IMG/VR virus record: IMGVR_UViG_2914081374_000001
Span: 1,842-65,841 of that record
DNA from: a virus
Lineage: Duplodnaviria > Caudoviricetes
Strand: one strand, 5' to 3'
Length of the DNA stretch: 64,000 bases
The notes beneath the pieces are model-generated. The model ran no database searches, was not told the DNA's origin, and saw only the letters and a program-made list of their open reading frames with translations. Shown here in pieces: positions 1 through 9,667 of the stretch. A program made the translations under genes and the position numbers. Positions within the stretch are counted from its first letter, which is position 1, and each line of letters begins with the position of its first letter.

Positions 1-278
1 CTATTAACCCGACAGTATCAGCTTTCTAACTCCGAGATCTGGGAATTGGCGGACGACTTTTGCTTAATTGAAGGATCTTTTGTTCCCTCATTGATTAACT
101 TACTAGCTGCTATCAAGCAGTTCAAGCGTGATTGCGCGGACTTGGCGACTATCCCCTTTTCAACTCAGGAGATGACGACAAGGATAGAAAGTATGGTGAC
201 AAGGCAGCTAATGCAGGAGCTTAGAGAAAGGAACTAACACGAGTGAGATTCAAATTGGTGTGTATCTACGCAAAAAGA

Positions 279-307
279 AAAAGCGGCACTCTAGTAGTGC
301 CGCTTTT
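279..307. terminator. Probable bidirectional intrinsic terminator
   Basis: AAAAGCGGCACT-CTAGT-AGTGCCGCTTTT hairpin between converging ORFs. Confidence 0.7.
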
Positions 308-366
308 ACGTAAAACTCGCGCCTGAGATTCTCTACCCGGCAGATTTTACGTTGAGGAGGTTAACT

Positions 367-705
367 TTATGCTGGCTCTTCTACAGGCACTGGCTCTTCG
401 ATGGGTGCTGGCTCAGGGGCAGGCGTTTCAGTGGGGATCGCGGCAGCAAGAACATTGATCATTTCTCTGAGTTTGTCGTTTGCTTGTTGCGCGGTTGCGG
501 CATCGAGCTCATCAACCTTTAGGAGATCAGAAACCTGCGCTAGCGCTGCATCTTTTTCTGTCTCGCTAGCATTCTTTAAGCGAACTACTTCGGTGATAAC
601 TCTAGCCAATTCAATGATGAGTTGGTCTTGTGTAGCCAATGCGTCTGATGTTTTAGACATGCCGTCAATCTTTATGTTTTTTGAGTGGTTTGATTGGGTA
701 CCCAA
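367..705 (-). CDS. Hypothetical protein (helical, Pro/Glu-rich tail); start may be at 660
   Basis: ORF codirectional with tail genes; GGGAAT motif upstream. Confidence 0.6.
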   Translation of the reverse strand: MGTQSNHSKNIKIDGMSKTSDALATQDQLIIELARVITEVVRLKNASETEKDAALAQVSDLLKVDELDAATAQQANDKLREMINVLAAAIPTETPAPEPAPIEEPVPVEEPA

Positions 706-813
706 AACTATGATTCCCGTTTTAAAGAAGGAAAATGGAAGGAGGAAAAAGGAAAAAGTGAAAGAATACCAATCATCCTTTTTACCTTTTCCCTTAGACT
801 TTTTCCTTCAACA

Positions 814-1515
814 TTAAGTCAGCGAGTAACGGGTAATTGTGGGAGATCCTTGCCCCATCAAGGTGAAGGAGATTTGGCAGATGGCGGTGGATTGTAAATT
901 CTTTTGAAAATTCATGACAACGCATGAACCCTTGAGTCCATCACCCTTGGCGTGTCCGGCGGGTGGTGGATCTTCTTGCCACACGTACACTTCTCGCCCA
1001 GAAACGGCAGTAGCAGCGGCGAACGCTACGCGCCTAAAAGCTTCGTCGCTGCTGAGTAGATTGGCAGTCCAAGGCAATTCCCAGGATTGCCCCGTGATAG
1101 CCCCGTCCTTGTAGCCCAATGCATCTTCAAAGACTAGTACATCTGCTCTATCGCTGTTAATATTGGCGTTCAACTGCGTACCGCCAAATAGTCGTAATTT
1201 AGCGGTGTAAGTGGCTGTAGAGCTGCCACTCAAGGCTGTTTCAATCGGCTCGACGATTAACTCTGTATCGCCCAGTTTGGCATCTTTAGCAAGATAAACT
1301 GTTACCTTGTCTGTGCCATTGTCAAATTCTAGGGGTGTGCCGCCGGCGATCGCGCCTGTGAGTGCAGTAACTGTAATGCTTGTTGTAGCGGCAGTAAGTC
1401 CGCTTGATGCGGTAATACTTGTTACGTCGGTTGGCTCTGTGCGATCGCCAAGGGGAAGCAGCGCTACAAATAGCTTCACCTTATTGCCAGCACCAACTTG
1501 AAAGGTTTTGGACAT
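814..1515 (-). CDS. Major tail tube protein (putative)
   Basis: Beta-rich 233 aa protein ending in tube-like ISFTLMGQGSP; lies in tail-completion cluster. Confidence 0.7.
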   Translation of the reverse strand: MSKTFQVGAGNKVKLFVALLPLGDRTEPTDVTSITASSGLTAATTSITVTALTGAIAGGTPLEFDNGTDKVTVYLAKDAKLGDTELIVEPIETALSGSSTATYTAKLRLFGGTQLNANINSDRADVLVFEDALGYKDGAITGQSWELPWTANLLSSDEAFRRVAFAAATAVSGREVYVWQEDPPPAGHAKGDGLKGSCVVMNFQKNLQSTAICQISFTLMGQGSPTITRYSLT

Positions 1516-1865
1516 TTTTGCTCCGGAGTTTTATCCAGAGCCAGAGTTCCCCTATCTATTTTGTTGACCGGGAGACGGTAGCCAGTAGCGTGAACTACGG
1601 ACACTTCCCTTCGGGTAAGTGTCCGCTTCTGGCGTTCCTAAGAACTTCCAGAACTTCCTTTGAGGTACTAGCTGTCGCACCAGTGGTAATCACTAGTTTC
1701 CCTTTCCGGCTTTTTATACTTGGGAACAGTCCATGAGCGGGTTAAGCTAAAACCGCTGCCAAGATCCCTCCGTATAGTGCCTGCTCGTTTGCGTTGGGAC
1801 TGTAGGCAAGTTTAAAGGTACATAAGGAAGTAATCACAATTGTTAGTGCGACTTGCACCAAAAAG

Positions 1866-2306
1866 TTATATAGCTGCATTCGTCGTCCACTCTTTGAGAA
1901 AAATCTTGCACTGCTCTACGGTTAGGAGCTTGTCAGAGGCAGGCATCATACTCACTCGCTCGATAAAGTACTCACCAGGCAGATTGTCAATTAGCAAATC
2001 TACCGCTTGTCGCAAACTCTTGGTGGTATCCCACTGTTTCAAGTGGATGGACCAGGCATATTCCTTGGTGCGATCGCCACCAATATTTGATTGCACCTCC
2101 GGCACTGGCTGCTTAATTACTACTTCCAGTCCTGTCACTTTGGTTCCCTGTTCTGGATATTGCCACCCCAGTTGTGGATCTGGGAGGATGGCGATCGCTT
2201 CAGTCATGCCGCCGCGAAACTGATAAGTGCCTATTTGACTTTCCAAAATAATTTTTATGCTGGCTCGTAGCACAAGAGGATCAATCATGTCGTTCCTCCT
2301 CTTCAA
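1866..2306 (-). CDS. Putative tail terminator/completion protein
   Basis: Size and position upstream of tail tube gene. Confidence 0.45.
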   Translation of the reverse strand: MKRRNDMIDPLVLRASIKIILESQIGTYQFRGGMTEAIAILPDPQLGWQYPEQGTKVTGLEVVIKQPVPEVQSNIGGDRTKEYAWSIHLKQWDTTKSLRQAVDLLIDNLPGEYFIERVSMMPASDKLLTVEQCKIFLKEWTTNAAI

Positions 2307-2414
2307 GAATCTCCTCGGCGACGTAGGCGATTTTCATGGCTAAAACTAAACTCGCAAGTACGGCGATCAAGAAGCTGGCGATCGTGACAAAAACTAATGC
2401 CAACACGGTGATAA

Positions 2415-2798
2415 TCATAAAATTTGGTTTAACTTCCTCTGCATAATTTCTGCCGCGTTACACTCTTTTAGCCCTAGCTCTGTCCAGGGGCGTGCGGGCA
2501 ATTCCGTACCACTCTTAGTGGTTGCGCCATCGTGTACGATAGCGGCGTGGTCGGATTCCCACTCGTACTGGGCAGAGTTGGCGCTGCGGGATATCACCAG
2601 AAAGTTGATTAAATCCTCCTGATCCACGGCGTCGCGGGGACTGTCCACGATATCGCCGTTACGCCGTATTGTGGTGCGCGGCCACTCCCACACATCGTCG
2701 GCTATAGCATTTTGAAACGCTTCAGCTTGGGCATCGACCGCGATATCAAAAGCCTGGTTGATAGCGCTGTTGAGCCTGGAAAGATTGATATTTGCCAT
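2415..2798 (-). CDS. HK97 gp10-like neck/tail-completion protein
   Basis: C-terminal VHDG...PARPW motif typical of this family. Confidence 0.55.
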   Translation of the reverse strand: MANINLSRLNSAINQAFDIAVDAQAEAFQNAIADDVWEWPRTTIRRNGDIVDSPRDAVDQEDLINFLVISRSANSAQYEWESDHAAIVHDGATTKSGTELPARPWTELGLKECNAAEIMQRKLNQIL

Positions 2799-3004
2799 TT
2801 ACCCCACCAGCGCAAGGCGAATTATTCTGACCGCAAATCTGGGTGTGATGTACAGCCAAAAGATTGGGCTGCACCAATTCTGAATCAGCGCTTCTCCCCA
2901 AACTTTGCAGCATATCTTGAACCAGGCAAGGCTTCTATAGTTAATGGTCATTTCAAAGTTAATGCCTGATATATGTCGAATCGTCGCAAATCCCGTCTTT
3001 AACA

Positions 3005-3409
3005 TTAATTTCTCCTAAAAATACCCTTGATTGGTGTGATGAGGTCGATGCCCACCAGATGTACGTAAGGTGATTGCACTGCTGGCATCAGCTTAAATCT
3101 TCCTGGCTCAGTCATGCCCAGTACTAGCTGAATTTCGGCTTCGCCCTCCATCAAAAACTGCACCCCTGGTGGATAGGTTTGAGGTTCCACCAGATACCCT
3201 TCTAGCAGAATCGCGTAACCATCAGCCCCGGCAAATTGCTGAATTTCTTCGATGTATTTATCGGAATCTTTTGATTCCTTTAGGACGGCGCTGATGGTTT
3301 TGTTCTTGGTATTGGCAATAACATTACCAACCTCATTAATGGTATGTGTCCCGTCGGGAACGTCGAAAGTGATTCGGGCATTTTCAAAGCCGAGAAAAGG
3401 GGATGTCAT
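3005..3409 (-). CDS. Putative head-closure/structural protein
   Basis: Size, beta-rich composition, context. Confidence 0.4.
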   Translation of the reverse strand: MTSPFLGFENARITFDVPDGTHTINEVGNVIANTKNKTISAVLKESKDSDKYIEEIQQFAGADGYAILLEGYLVEPQTYPPGVQFLMEGEAEIQLVLGMTEPGRFKLMPAVQSPYVHLVGIDLITPIKGIFRRN

Positions 3410-3439
3410 GCCCTACCCCCTGGAAAATTTTCCACAGGG

Positions 3440-4048
3440 TTATACTCGGCTGACTACGCAATCTTCTTCAAATCTTCTCAGGAACTCCCAAGCCTGCTTG
3501 TTCCATCGGGCATCTAGCAATGCATTATGCTCCCCCTTGCCCTGTGACGGTAGCCTGGGATTGCCAAGATAGTCGCAGTACTGCTTAATATCGCGGCAAT
3601 ACATCGGAAGTCCTTTAGGTAAGTCCGACATTGTGCCAAAAAGCTGGCAAAAGGCTACCCAGTCGTAGTCGGCATAATACGCCCACACCTCGGGTGTTAT
3701 TGGTGTTTCAAGTGATTTTAATTCATGATACGAATAACTTTCTATATCTCGTTCAACAACGGGATACTTGATAAATTTCAAAACCTCAAAAGCGATATCG
3801 GCACGCGATCGCCAACCCTGTTTTCTGACTTCCTTCCAATTCAAATTAAACAGATTTGGTCTTTTTGGTAGCTTGGGTAATACGTTTTGTTTCACCCAAT
3901 CCGACGCTTTTGACCAGTCGCAATCATAAGAAATTGCGTAGTATTCACGACCATCTTCGCAAACTACGCCAATGCTTATGATGTCGATAGTTTTACCGTT
4001 CTCTATAAATTCTAAATCCATCCAATAGCGCATAAAGGCATACTCCAT
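3440..4048 (-). CDS. 3'-5' exoribonuclease, DEDDh (Rv2179c-like)
   Basis: DLEF...ISIG, YYADYDW and HNALLDARW motifs. Confidence 0.85.
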   Translation of the reverse strand: MEYAFMRYWMDLEFIENGKTIDIISIGVVCEDGREYYAISYDCDWSKASDWVKQNVLPKLPKRPNLFNLNWKEVRKQGWRSRADIAFEVLKFIKYPVVERDIESYSYHELKSLETPITPEVWAYYADYDWVAFCQLFGTMSDLPKGLPMYCRDIKQYCDYLGNPRLPSQGKGEHNALLDARWNKQAWEFLRRFEEDCVVSRV

Positions 4049-4356
4049 TAAAGTATTTGTTCGGGTAAGTCAACGGTTCGGCCCACCAGGGAATGAGTGC
4101 AGTCTTGAAGGAACCGAATTCTGCCATCGGTTACAAAGCTGTGACAAACCATTGCTTGGACATCTGATCGCTCAACCTTGGCTAAAATGCTCGGTCGAAA
4201 AGTCGGCTTATCTAGACTCCCATTGAAAGTCCAGCTCGCTCCAATTTTGTTTTTATACGGACGCGCATGAACCGCGTGTCCCATTTTGCAGCCGGGGCAG
4301 TCAAAGAAAAAGCCGACGATCCGACTGTTTTCATAAATTGGAAGTAATTTGCTCAC
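4048..4356 (-). CDS. DUF6527-like Cys/His protein
   Basis: CPGC..H, WTFNG...PTFRPSI, CHSFVTDGRIRFL.DCTH motifs. Confidence 0.7.
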   Translation of the reverse strand: MSKLLPIYENSRIVGFFFDCPGCKMGHAVHARPYKNKIGASWTFNGSLDKPTFRPSILAKVERSDVQAMVCHSFVTDGRIRFLQDCTHSLVGRTVDLPEQIL

Positions 4357-5030
4357 GCTGAAAAAACAGTAAAACTGCCCTTCTCTAAGGTGTACACTCG
4401 CCCCAATCCGTCCGTGAGCTTGAAGGTGTAGCTCAGTTCCACTTCACCATCGGGAAAACTTTCCGTGTCAGCGGGTTCAATACTGAAAGCTCCTGTCATT
4501 GTTTCAATGCCAGTTTTTGGATCGATGGCGACATCTGTAAGGTGGATATTTGCTTTGACTAGAGTGGGCGCTAGTGGGTTGTCCTTGCGCTTAGCCGTGT
4601 ACAAGGCTGTCAGCCCCTCTAAACGTTGTCCTGTAATAGTAAAAGAGAGAGGGATTAAATCGCCCTTCACTAATCTAGAACCCGCAAAAGATGAGCCAGC
4701 AAGCGTGAGTTTGCCCTTGGGTGGCGGTGTCTGTTCTGCTGCCAGAAAGAATCGCAGAGCAGAAACTATTGTGCTGGCAATGGTTCCGGCGGGCAGCTTC
4801 AGCTTGCGCTTGAGCGTGCCAGACAAGCTGCTTGCGATGTTGGCGGTTAGTGGTGAAAGCGAAGGCGTTGCCATCGCCAGAAGCGAACGCACTCTGCCTA
4901 CTGCTCCGACGCCAGCAGAAGACTTGGTGGTAATCAAGCCATTACCGATATTCTTGACGATTTTGATTTCACCGACATCGGCACTAGTCTCGGTAGCTAA
5001 AGTGCCACTAGGGAGAGTTAGTTGTGCCAT
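4353..5030 (-). CDS. Phage structural protein with C-terminal BppU-N-like Ig fold
   Basis: C-terminal IEPADT...Y..KL...VYTLEKGSFTV pattern. Confidence 0.5.
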   Translation of the reverse strand: MAQLTLPSGTLATETSADVGEIKIVKNIGNGLITTKSSAGVGAVGRVRSLLAMATPSLSPLTANIASSLSGTLKRKLKLPAGTIASTIVSALRFFLAAEQTPPPKGKLTLAGSSFAGSRLVKGDLIPLSFTITGQRLEGLTALYTAKRKDNPLAPTLVKANIHLTDVAIDPKTGIETMTGAFSIEPADTESFPDGEVELSYTFKLTDGLGRVYTLEKGSFTVFSA

Positions 5031-5833
5031 TAGTCAAGTGTGATGGTGAAGGTGTTAGCGGGAATGCTTGGAATCGTGCCAGTGGTAATCGATTGGGGAG
5101 TTCCAAAGGCGTATCTTCCCAAGTAATTTCCACCACTTTGGGCGTCAAAAATTTGCACATTGGTTACAGTTCCCTGGGATGCAGTAGCCTCAGGAAAATT
5201 GATATCAAGCGCATTCGCCTTACTGCCAAGGGTAGCAGCAGGGAATAAGTTGGTATTGTTTGCTACACCCACTCTGGCATAAGCTCCAGCGCTCGGTTCT
5301 GTGCCTGCTACTGCGTCGGTGGGAGTGGATGTGGCGTAGCCGAAGTACAGGATGGGGATGATATTGAAGGGGACGTTGCCAAGTAGTGTGTTAAGCAAAG
5401 CATTCTTCACGTAGTTGCTCAATCCCCCAGTGTTGAATTGAAGTGTGAGAGATGCGGCAGGGATGCGCATGGCGTCGCTCACACCGATACTTATGGGGTT
5501 TGCGAGAGGGAAATACACCAGCATGTTGCCGGAAGTTGGGCTATCCCAAATGCCCACTGCCTGTACCAATCCGTGGTTAGAAGTAGCAGATTCAAATTGG
5601 ATTTCTATGGCGTTAGTTTTAATCTGGTTCGCTGTCACCGGAAAGTTTGTAGTGTTGTTAGTGACGGCTACCCTTTGATAGTTGCCAGAATTTGGCTCAG
5701 CGCCCGGTCCTGTTTCCCCAGGAACGCCGACCATGTAACCGAAGTATAAAATATTTGGTATGGCGTAAGGAACACCACCAAATAATTGATTTAACAACTG
5801 AGCTTCAGCGTAGTCTGAAAGACTTCCAGGCAT
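5030..5833 (-). CDS. Phage tail protein with two tandem homologous domains
   Basis: Internal duplication of LS.Y....LLN.L.G..P...YFGY...EP..G.Y.RV.V.NNT..FP. Confidence 0.75.
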   Translation of the reverse strand: MPGSLSDYAEAQLLNQLFGGVPYAIPNILYFGYMVGVPGETGPGAEPNSGNYQRVAVTNNTTNFPVTANQIKTNAIEIQFESATSNHGLVQAVGIWDSPTSGNMLVYFPLANPISIGVSDAMRIPAASLTLQFNTGGLSNYVKNALLNTLLGNVPFNIIPILYFGYATSTPTDAVAGTEPSAGAYARVGVANNTNLFPAATLGSKANALDINFPEATASQGTVTNVQIFDAQSGGNYLGRYAFGTPQSITTGTIPSIPANTFTITLD

Positions 5834-5900
5834 GATTTTTACAATTGAGGTCTATTTGATGGTTCCCTAGTTGGGAGCAGAGAATAACGCAGCAACAATA

Positions 5901-6149
5901 CTAATTGCCTTCCAAGACCGCCAACCTGCGCTCCATGTCTGTCAGTTTTTTGTCAAGAATAGCTTTATCCTTTGCCGCATCTAGAGCAGAGTATCGGCTT
6001 TTGGTTCTTGTATTTATGCCGTCTTGTATGGAATTTATTTCTTTCCAAACTTGAATTGAATTGATAGATAGTCCGATTAGTAAAACTACGCAAACGCCCG
6101 TAACGTAGTGCAATCCACTCACTTTTTTCTCTAGTTTTTTCGCAATCAT
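5901..6149 (-). CDS. Small membrane protein (single TM plus coiled coil)
   Basis: N-terminal hydrophobic helix. Confidence 0.55.
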   Translation of the reverse strand: MIAKKLEKKVSGLHYVTGVCVVLLIGLSINSIQVWKEINSIQDGINTRTKSRYSALDAAKDKAILDKKLTDMERRLAVLEGN

Positions 6150-6442
6150 TTGTTTCTTTTAGTTCTTTTTTCTATAGCAATCATGCGTGCTTCTAAAGTA
6201 GTAATTCGCTTATTTGTATCTTCATTTTTTTCTTGGTAAGTATCTTTAATGTTAGATATTTTTTCCTCAATTATTGTTGATTTTACCTGCAGTCTAGCTA
6301 TATCTAAAGCCGAATTATTGACTGTATTCCAGGTAGAGATACTCAGGAATCCGATGATTGAAGTAATGACGCCTACAAGCGTTTTAGCAACTGGGCTTAA
6401 TTCCATCGTCGCCTTGACCTGAGGTTCTTCTTGACTATCCAT
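6146..6442 (-). CDS. Small membrane protein (holin/hemolysin-like)
   Basis: One TM helix then coiled coil; 4-nt overlap with next gene. Confidence 0.5.
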   Translation of the reverse strand: MDSQEEPQVKATMELSPVAKTLVGVITSIIGFLSISTWNTVNNSALDIARLQVKSTIIEEKISNIKDTYQEKNEDTNKRITTLEARMIAIEKRTKRNK

Positions 6443-6567
6443 GAAGTGAGAAGTTTATGGGGGCTAAAATAGTTTTCCTACCTTGAAGGAAAACGTCTAA
6501 TGGAAGGAGGAAAAAGTAAGAGTTCGTCAATCGTCCTTTTTCCCTTTTTTCCTTCTCATAGCTGCAC

Positions 6568-7029
6568 TTAGCTTCTTAAAAGCATTCCTCCGCCCGAATT
6601 ATTCGGTGAAGGTGGTAATCCCAAAAAATAGCGTAATTGCTCAATAAAATCATCCCTTTGCGTTAACATTCCTGAAGATCGCCCGGTATCCCATTCCAGT
6701 ACATCAGCTTTCCTCAGTGCGCCATTGGGAGAGCTTCGCTCGGTTATAATTGCCCGTTCAATTGTTTGTAAGCCCTCCAGTAACTGAAGGACTTGCTGCA
6801 CCAGGTACTCAGATTCAGATTCTATCTTGGTAAGCCGCTGCCAAATATCTTCCTTTTGAAAAAGCAGCGGCACGGGGCGATTTTTTTGGTATTCAGTGGG
6901 ACTGAGGGTGGCGTCGAAGCGGTAGAATTCCCCAGAGTAATCCCCGTATTGCGATCGCATGGTATCGGTACGCAGTAAGGCTTGATTTAAGAGGGTGAGG
7001 ATTTGGTATCTTTGCTCTAGCGTAAACAT
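6568..7029 (-). CDS. Putative head-tail adaptor
   Basis: KADVLEW...G-rich LLRS C-terminus; follows head genes. Confidence 0.45.
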   Translation of the reverse strand: MFTLEQRYQILTLLNQALLRTDTMRSQYGDYSGEFYRFDATLSPTEYQKNRPVPLLFQKEDIWQRLTKIESESEYLVQQVLQLLEGLQTIERAIITERSSPNGALRKADVLEWDTGRSSGMLTQRDDFIEQLRYFLGLPPSPNNSGGGMLLRS

Positions 7030-7114
7030 AGGTGCTTGGTTATACTTACATTGTTTGCTGACTGAGGGGTCTTAGTACGACCCTAGCCCGTGCGTATACG
7101 GGCTTTTTTAAATT

Positions 7115-7738
7115 TCAACTAAACCTAAATCCTCCGTAACTCCGTTTTTGATATACCAAGCGACACCGACATCTGCCACCACACTGACAATTTACTCCTG
7201 GTGGAGTGAGGCGGTGGATGGGTGTCCACTCTAGTCGCTGGAGACTGATGCAAGAATCGCAGTGGCGGCTTTGCGGATCGAGAAGTCTTTTGGCAAGAAA
7301 GCCGTATTTGCCCCGACTAGTAAATTCAGCTTCAAAAAATGATGTGCGCGAACTAGCCGCGTACATGGCTGCACGACTTAGTATTTGTTTCTCGGAAAGC
7401 TTGCCGTCCGCCAAGTCCTTACCAAAGCCATCCAAGAATTGGTATTGTTTCTTGAGTTCCGCACCCACTTTGCCGTAGTGTGTAGGTGTAAATTGCTCCA
7501 CCCCGCCTGCGCCCACAGCCGCGTTGCGTAGGTGGGATTCCTTCAGGGATTGCGCTATCCTAGTTTGGAATTCAGCAATGTCGATTTTTCCTTGATTTAG
7601 AAGCCGCGCATGTCCTTTCAGGCGAACTTCCAAGCGATTTACTTCCTCGCCCACTACCTTAAGGACCTCAGAATACTTGACAAATCGCCCGGTTTCAGCA
7701 TTGCGATATCTATGAGTTTGCGGATCGAACTGTAGCAT
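7115..7738 (-). CDS. Minor head morphogenesis protein (Mu gpF/SPP1 gp7-like)
   Basis: HCDSC...PPG..C.C..RCRC C-terminus; downstream of portal. Confidence 0.7.
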   Translation of the reverse strand: MLQFDPQTHRYRNAETGRFVKYSEVLKVVGEEVNRLEVRLKGHARLLNQGKIDIAEFQTRIAQSLKESHLRNAAVGAGGVEQFTPTHYGKVGAELKKQYQFLDGFGKDLADGKLSEKQILSRAAMYAASSRTSFFEAEFTSRGKYGFLAKRLLDPQSRHCDSCISLQRLEWTPIHRLTPPGVNCQCGGRCRCRLVYQKRSYGGFRFS

Positions 7739-7852
7739 TGATAAAGGGTTTGACTGTGGGGTGCGATCGCTTTTTCATCTCCTCGATGTCCTGGCTTTTG
7801 ATCATGGCTAGTTCGAGGAGTTGCTTGAGTGGGAGTGGTTTTCCCTCCATAG

Positions 7853-8227
7853 CTAACCCTCTGGAAAATTTTCCATAGGGGTGGTAGAGCGCTTGAATTG
7901 AATCAATGCTTTGGCTAGAGCATTAATCGCTTGCTCTTCTGCTAGTTGTTCGGGTGTGTCGTTTTCGATACCCAGCGGAGCAAAGTGTAGGTGCAGCAAT
8001 TCGTGGACTAGCGTTTCTTCCATATCTTGAGGGCGCATGGAATCGCACGGATAATCCTCAGGCTTAATCAATTTGATATCCGCGATTTTTTTGCCAATGT
8101 TGTATGTTACGGAGCCGGATAAACTCTCCCCCATTTCTCGTAAAGAAACAATCTTCACATTGACGTCCCAGTCTTGAAGTTTCAGTCTCTGTTGCCATTG
8201 AGTGCAAAACACTTGCCAATCTTCCAT
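7853..8227 (-). CDS. Zincin-like metallopeptidase
   Basis: TLVHELLH (HEXXH) with downstream EE. Confidence 0.7.
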   Translation of the reverse strand: MEDWQVFCTQWQQRLKLQDWDVNVKIVSLREMGESLSGSVTYNIGKKIADIKLIKPEDYPCDSMRPQDMEETLVHELLHLHFAPLGIENDTPEQLAEEQAINALAKALIQFKRSTTPMENFPEG

Positions 8228-8229
8228 CG

Positions 8230-9627
8230 CTATACCTCTTCTATTTGAATTTGGTTTCCAGCCGCTTCAGTTGCCGCTACCTCAGCGTCAACATCGAACT
8301 GCCTTGGCAGTACCTTACCCCTCTGCAGCAACAGCAGTAAAGTGCGCTGGCTGATAAATCCTGTCTGAGCCAAGGATTCCAGCTTTTCCGTCGCTTGCGG
8401 ATCGAGGGGCATTTGTAGTAGCGAATCGTCCATAGCAATACTTCCCCCCGTCGGCTCCCCGGTGTATTGCACCCAAAGTTGGAAGATTTGCTGCGCTGCA
8501 CTTTCCTTGCGGCGTGCCACACCCTTGAGGTTGGCGCTAGTTTTGGTGGAATCCAGTACCACTTCTGTGGCGGTTTTTTGATGCTTGCCACTGGTGAGAA
8601 AGTCTAACGTCATTCTGTCCATCGCTGCTTCCCGATCCTTTATGTCTTCCCTAGAAGCGGCAATAGCTGCTCCACTGGGTTCGGCGAAGAAGAAGTCCCC
8701 ATTTTCTGGGATGTCAATTACGGAATTTGGTCCTATTACCAGAGGCGGGACTTTCTGCAAATCGTCAGCAGTGCGAATCAGTCCCCGACGCACTGGCACT
8801 GGTAGGTTGCATTTCCTCAAAACCTCGTTTAGTTGGCTGCGCTTCTGATAATGTTCGATGTTGATTTTCGCCAGGTTTAAGAAAGGGGGTTTAGCGGAGA
8901 AAAGCTTTCCTTCAGTTACGGAATAACAAACTAGTGGAATCTCGCTGAGGCTCGTTGTGCCACTATCTACGAGGATCAATTGATTTTGCCCACCCGAACC
9001 CTCGACTATTTGATAAACCGCGTATTCACCTGGCTTGAGCACTCGGTAGTAGATTTGTTCTACCTCGCCGAATTCCCCATCCGGCTCCAACCGTCTCTCC
9101 TGAATGGTAACTCGCTGCAGCTTGGGCTTTCCTGAAACGTAGGCGAAGCGCCAGTTGAGGATATCTCTTCGGTCAATTGCTACTAAATATGGATGGCGAT
9201 CGCTTGCTAGCAAATCCGCCTGTGATTGGATGTCGGGATTATCGGGCGGGAATTCAACCAAAATCGCGCACCAACCATCCCGCAACACCATTTGATCGGC
9301 TTCATGAAAGAATGACCAAATGTCGTTACCTTGTTGGTCGATATTGTCCTTGTTGTCTAATATGCTTTGCGCGGCGTCTTGATTCAGTGAAAAAACGCTC
9401 AAAAGTCCTGCGTAGTCTTTAATTGCAGGCTCAAATCTGTTGTCAAAAGTCGTTCTTTTGATGCGATCAGCGTAAGCTTTGGGAGGCTCCTTGGTTTCTT
9501 GCGGGAGATAAGATTTTTCAACTCCCTCCAAGTCATTCCAGCAATCCCAAAGCAGCTTCAACTTGCCGACAGCAGCAGCGGCGGCATGTGAAAGAGATAA
9601 TGGTAGATTTTTCGCTTCTTGGGACAA
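8230..9627 (-). CDS. Portal protein (DUF4055 family)
   Basis: YLPQ..KE...AY..R, ILNWR, PPFL.LA..N..HYQ..S and KTATE motifs. Confidence 0.88.
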   Translation of the reverse strand: MSQEAKNLPLSLSHAAAAAVGKLKLLWDCWNDLEGVEKSYLPQETKEPPKAYADRIKRTTFDNRFEPAIKDYAGLLSVFSLNQDAAQSILDNKDNIDQQGNDIWSFFHEADQMVLRDGWCAILVEFPPDNPDIQSQADLLASDRHPYLVAIDRRDILNWRFAYVSGKPKLQRVTIQERRLEPDGEFGEVEQIYYRVLKPGEYAVYQIVEGSGGQNQLILVDSGTTSLSEIPLVCYSVTEGKLFSAKPPFLNLAKINIEHYQKRSQLNEVLRKCNLPVPVRRGLIRTADDLQKVPPLVIGPNSVIDIPENGDFFFAEPSGAAIAASREDIKDREAAMDRMTLDFLTSGKHQKTATEVVLDSTKTSANLKGVARRKESAAQQIFQLWVQYTGEPTGGSIAMDDSLLQMPLDPQATEKLESLAQTGFISQRTLLLLLQRGKVLPRQFDVDAEVAATEAAGNQIQIEEV

Positions 9628-9667
9628 GGCTAATAGGTGTTACGTGTCCATCCTATTAGCTGTTCCC

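Noticed and set aside
46-237. ORF at the window start
   Set aside because: Probably the 3' part of a gene beginning outside the window; no product can be assigned
4453-4464. GGAAAACTTTCC core resembling the 24-bp palindrome
   Set aside because: Lacks the CCC/GGG arms; not counted
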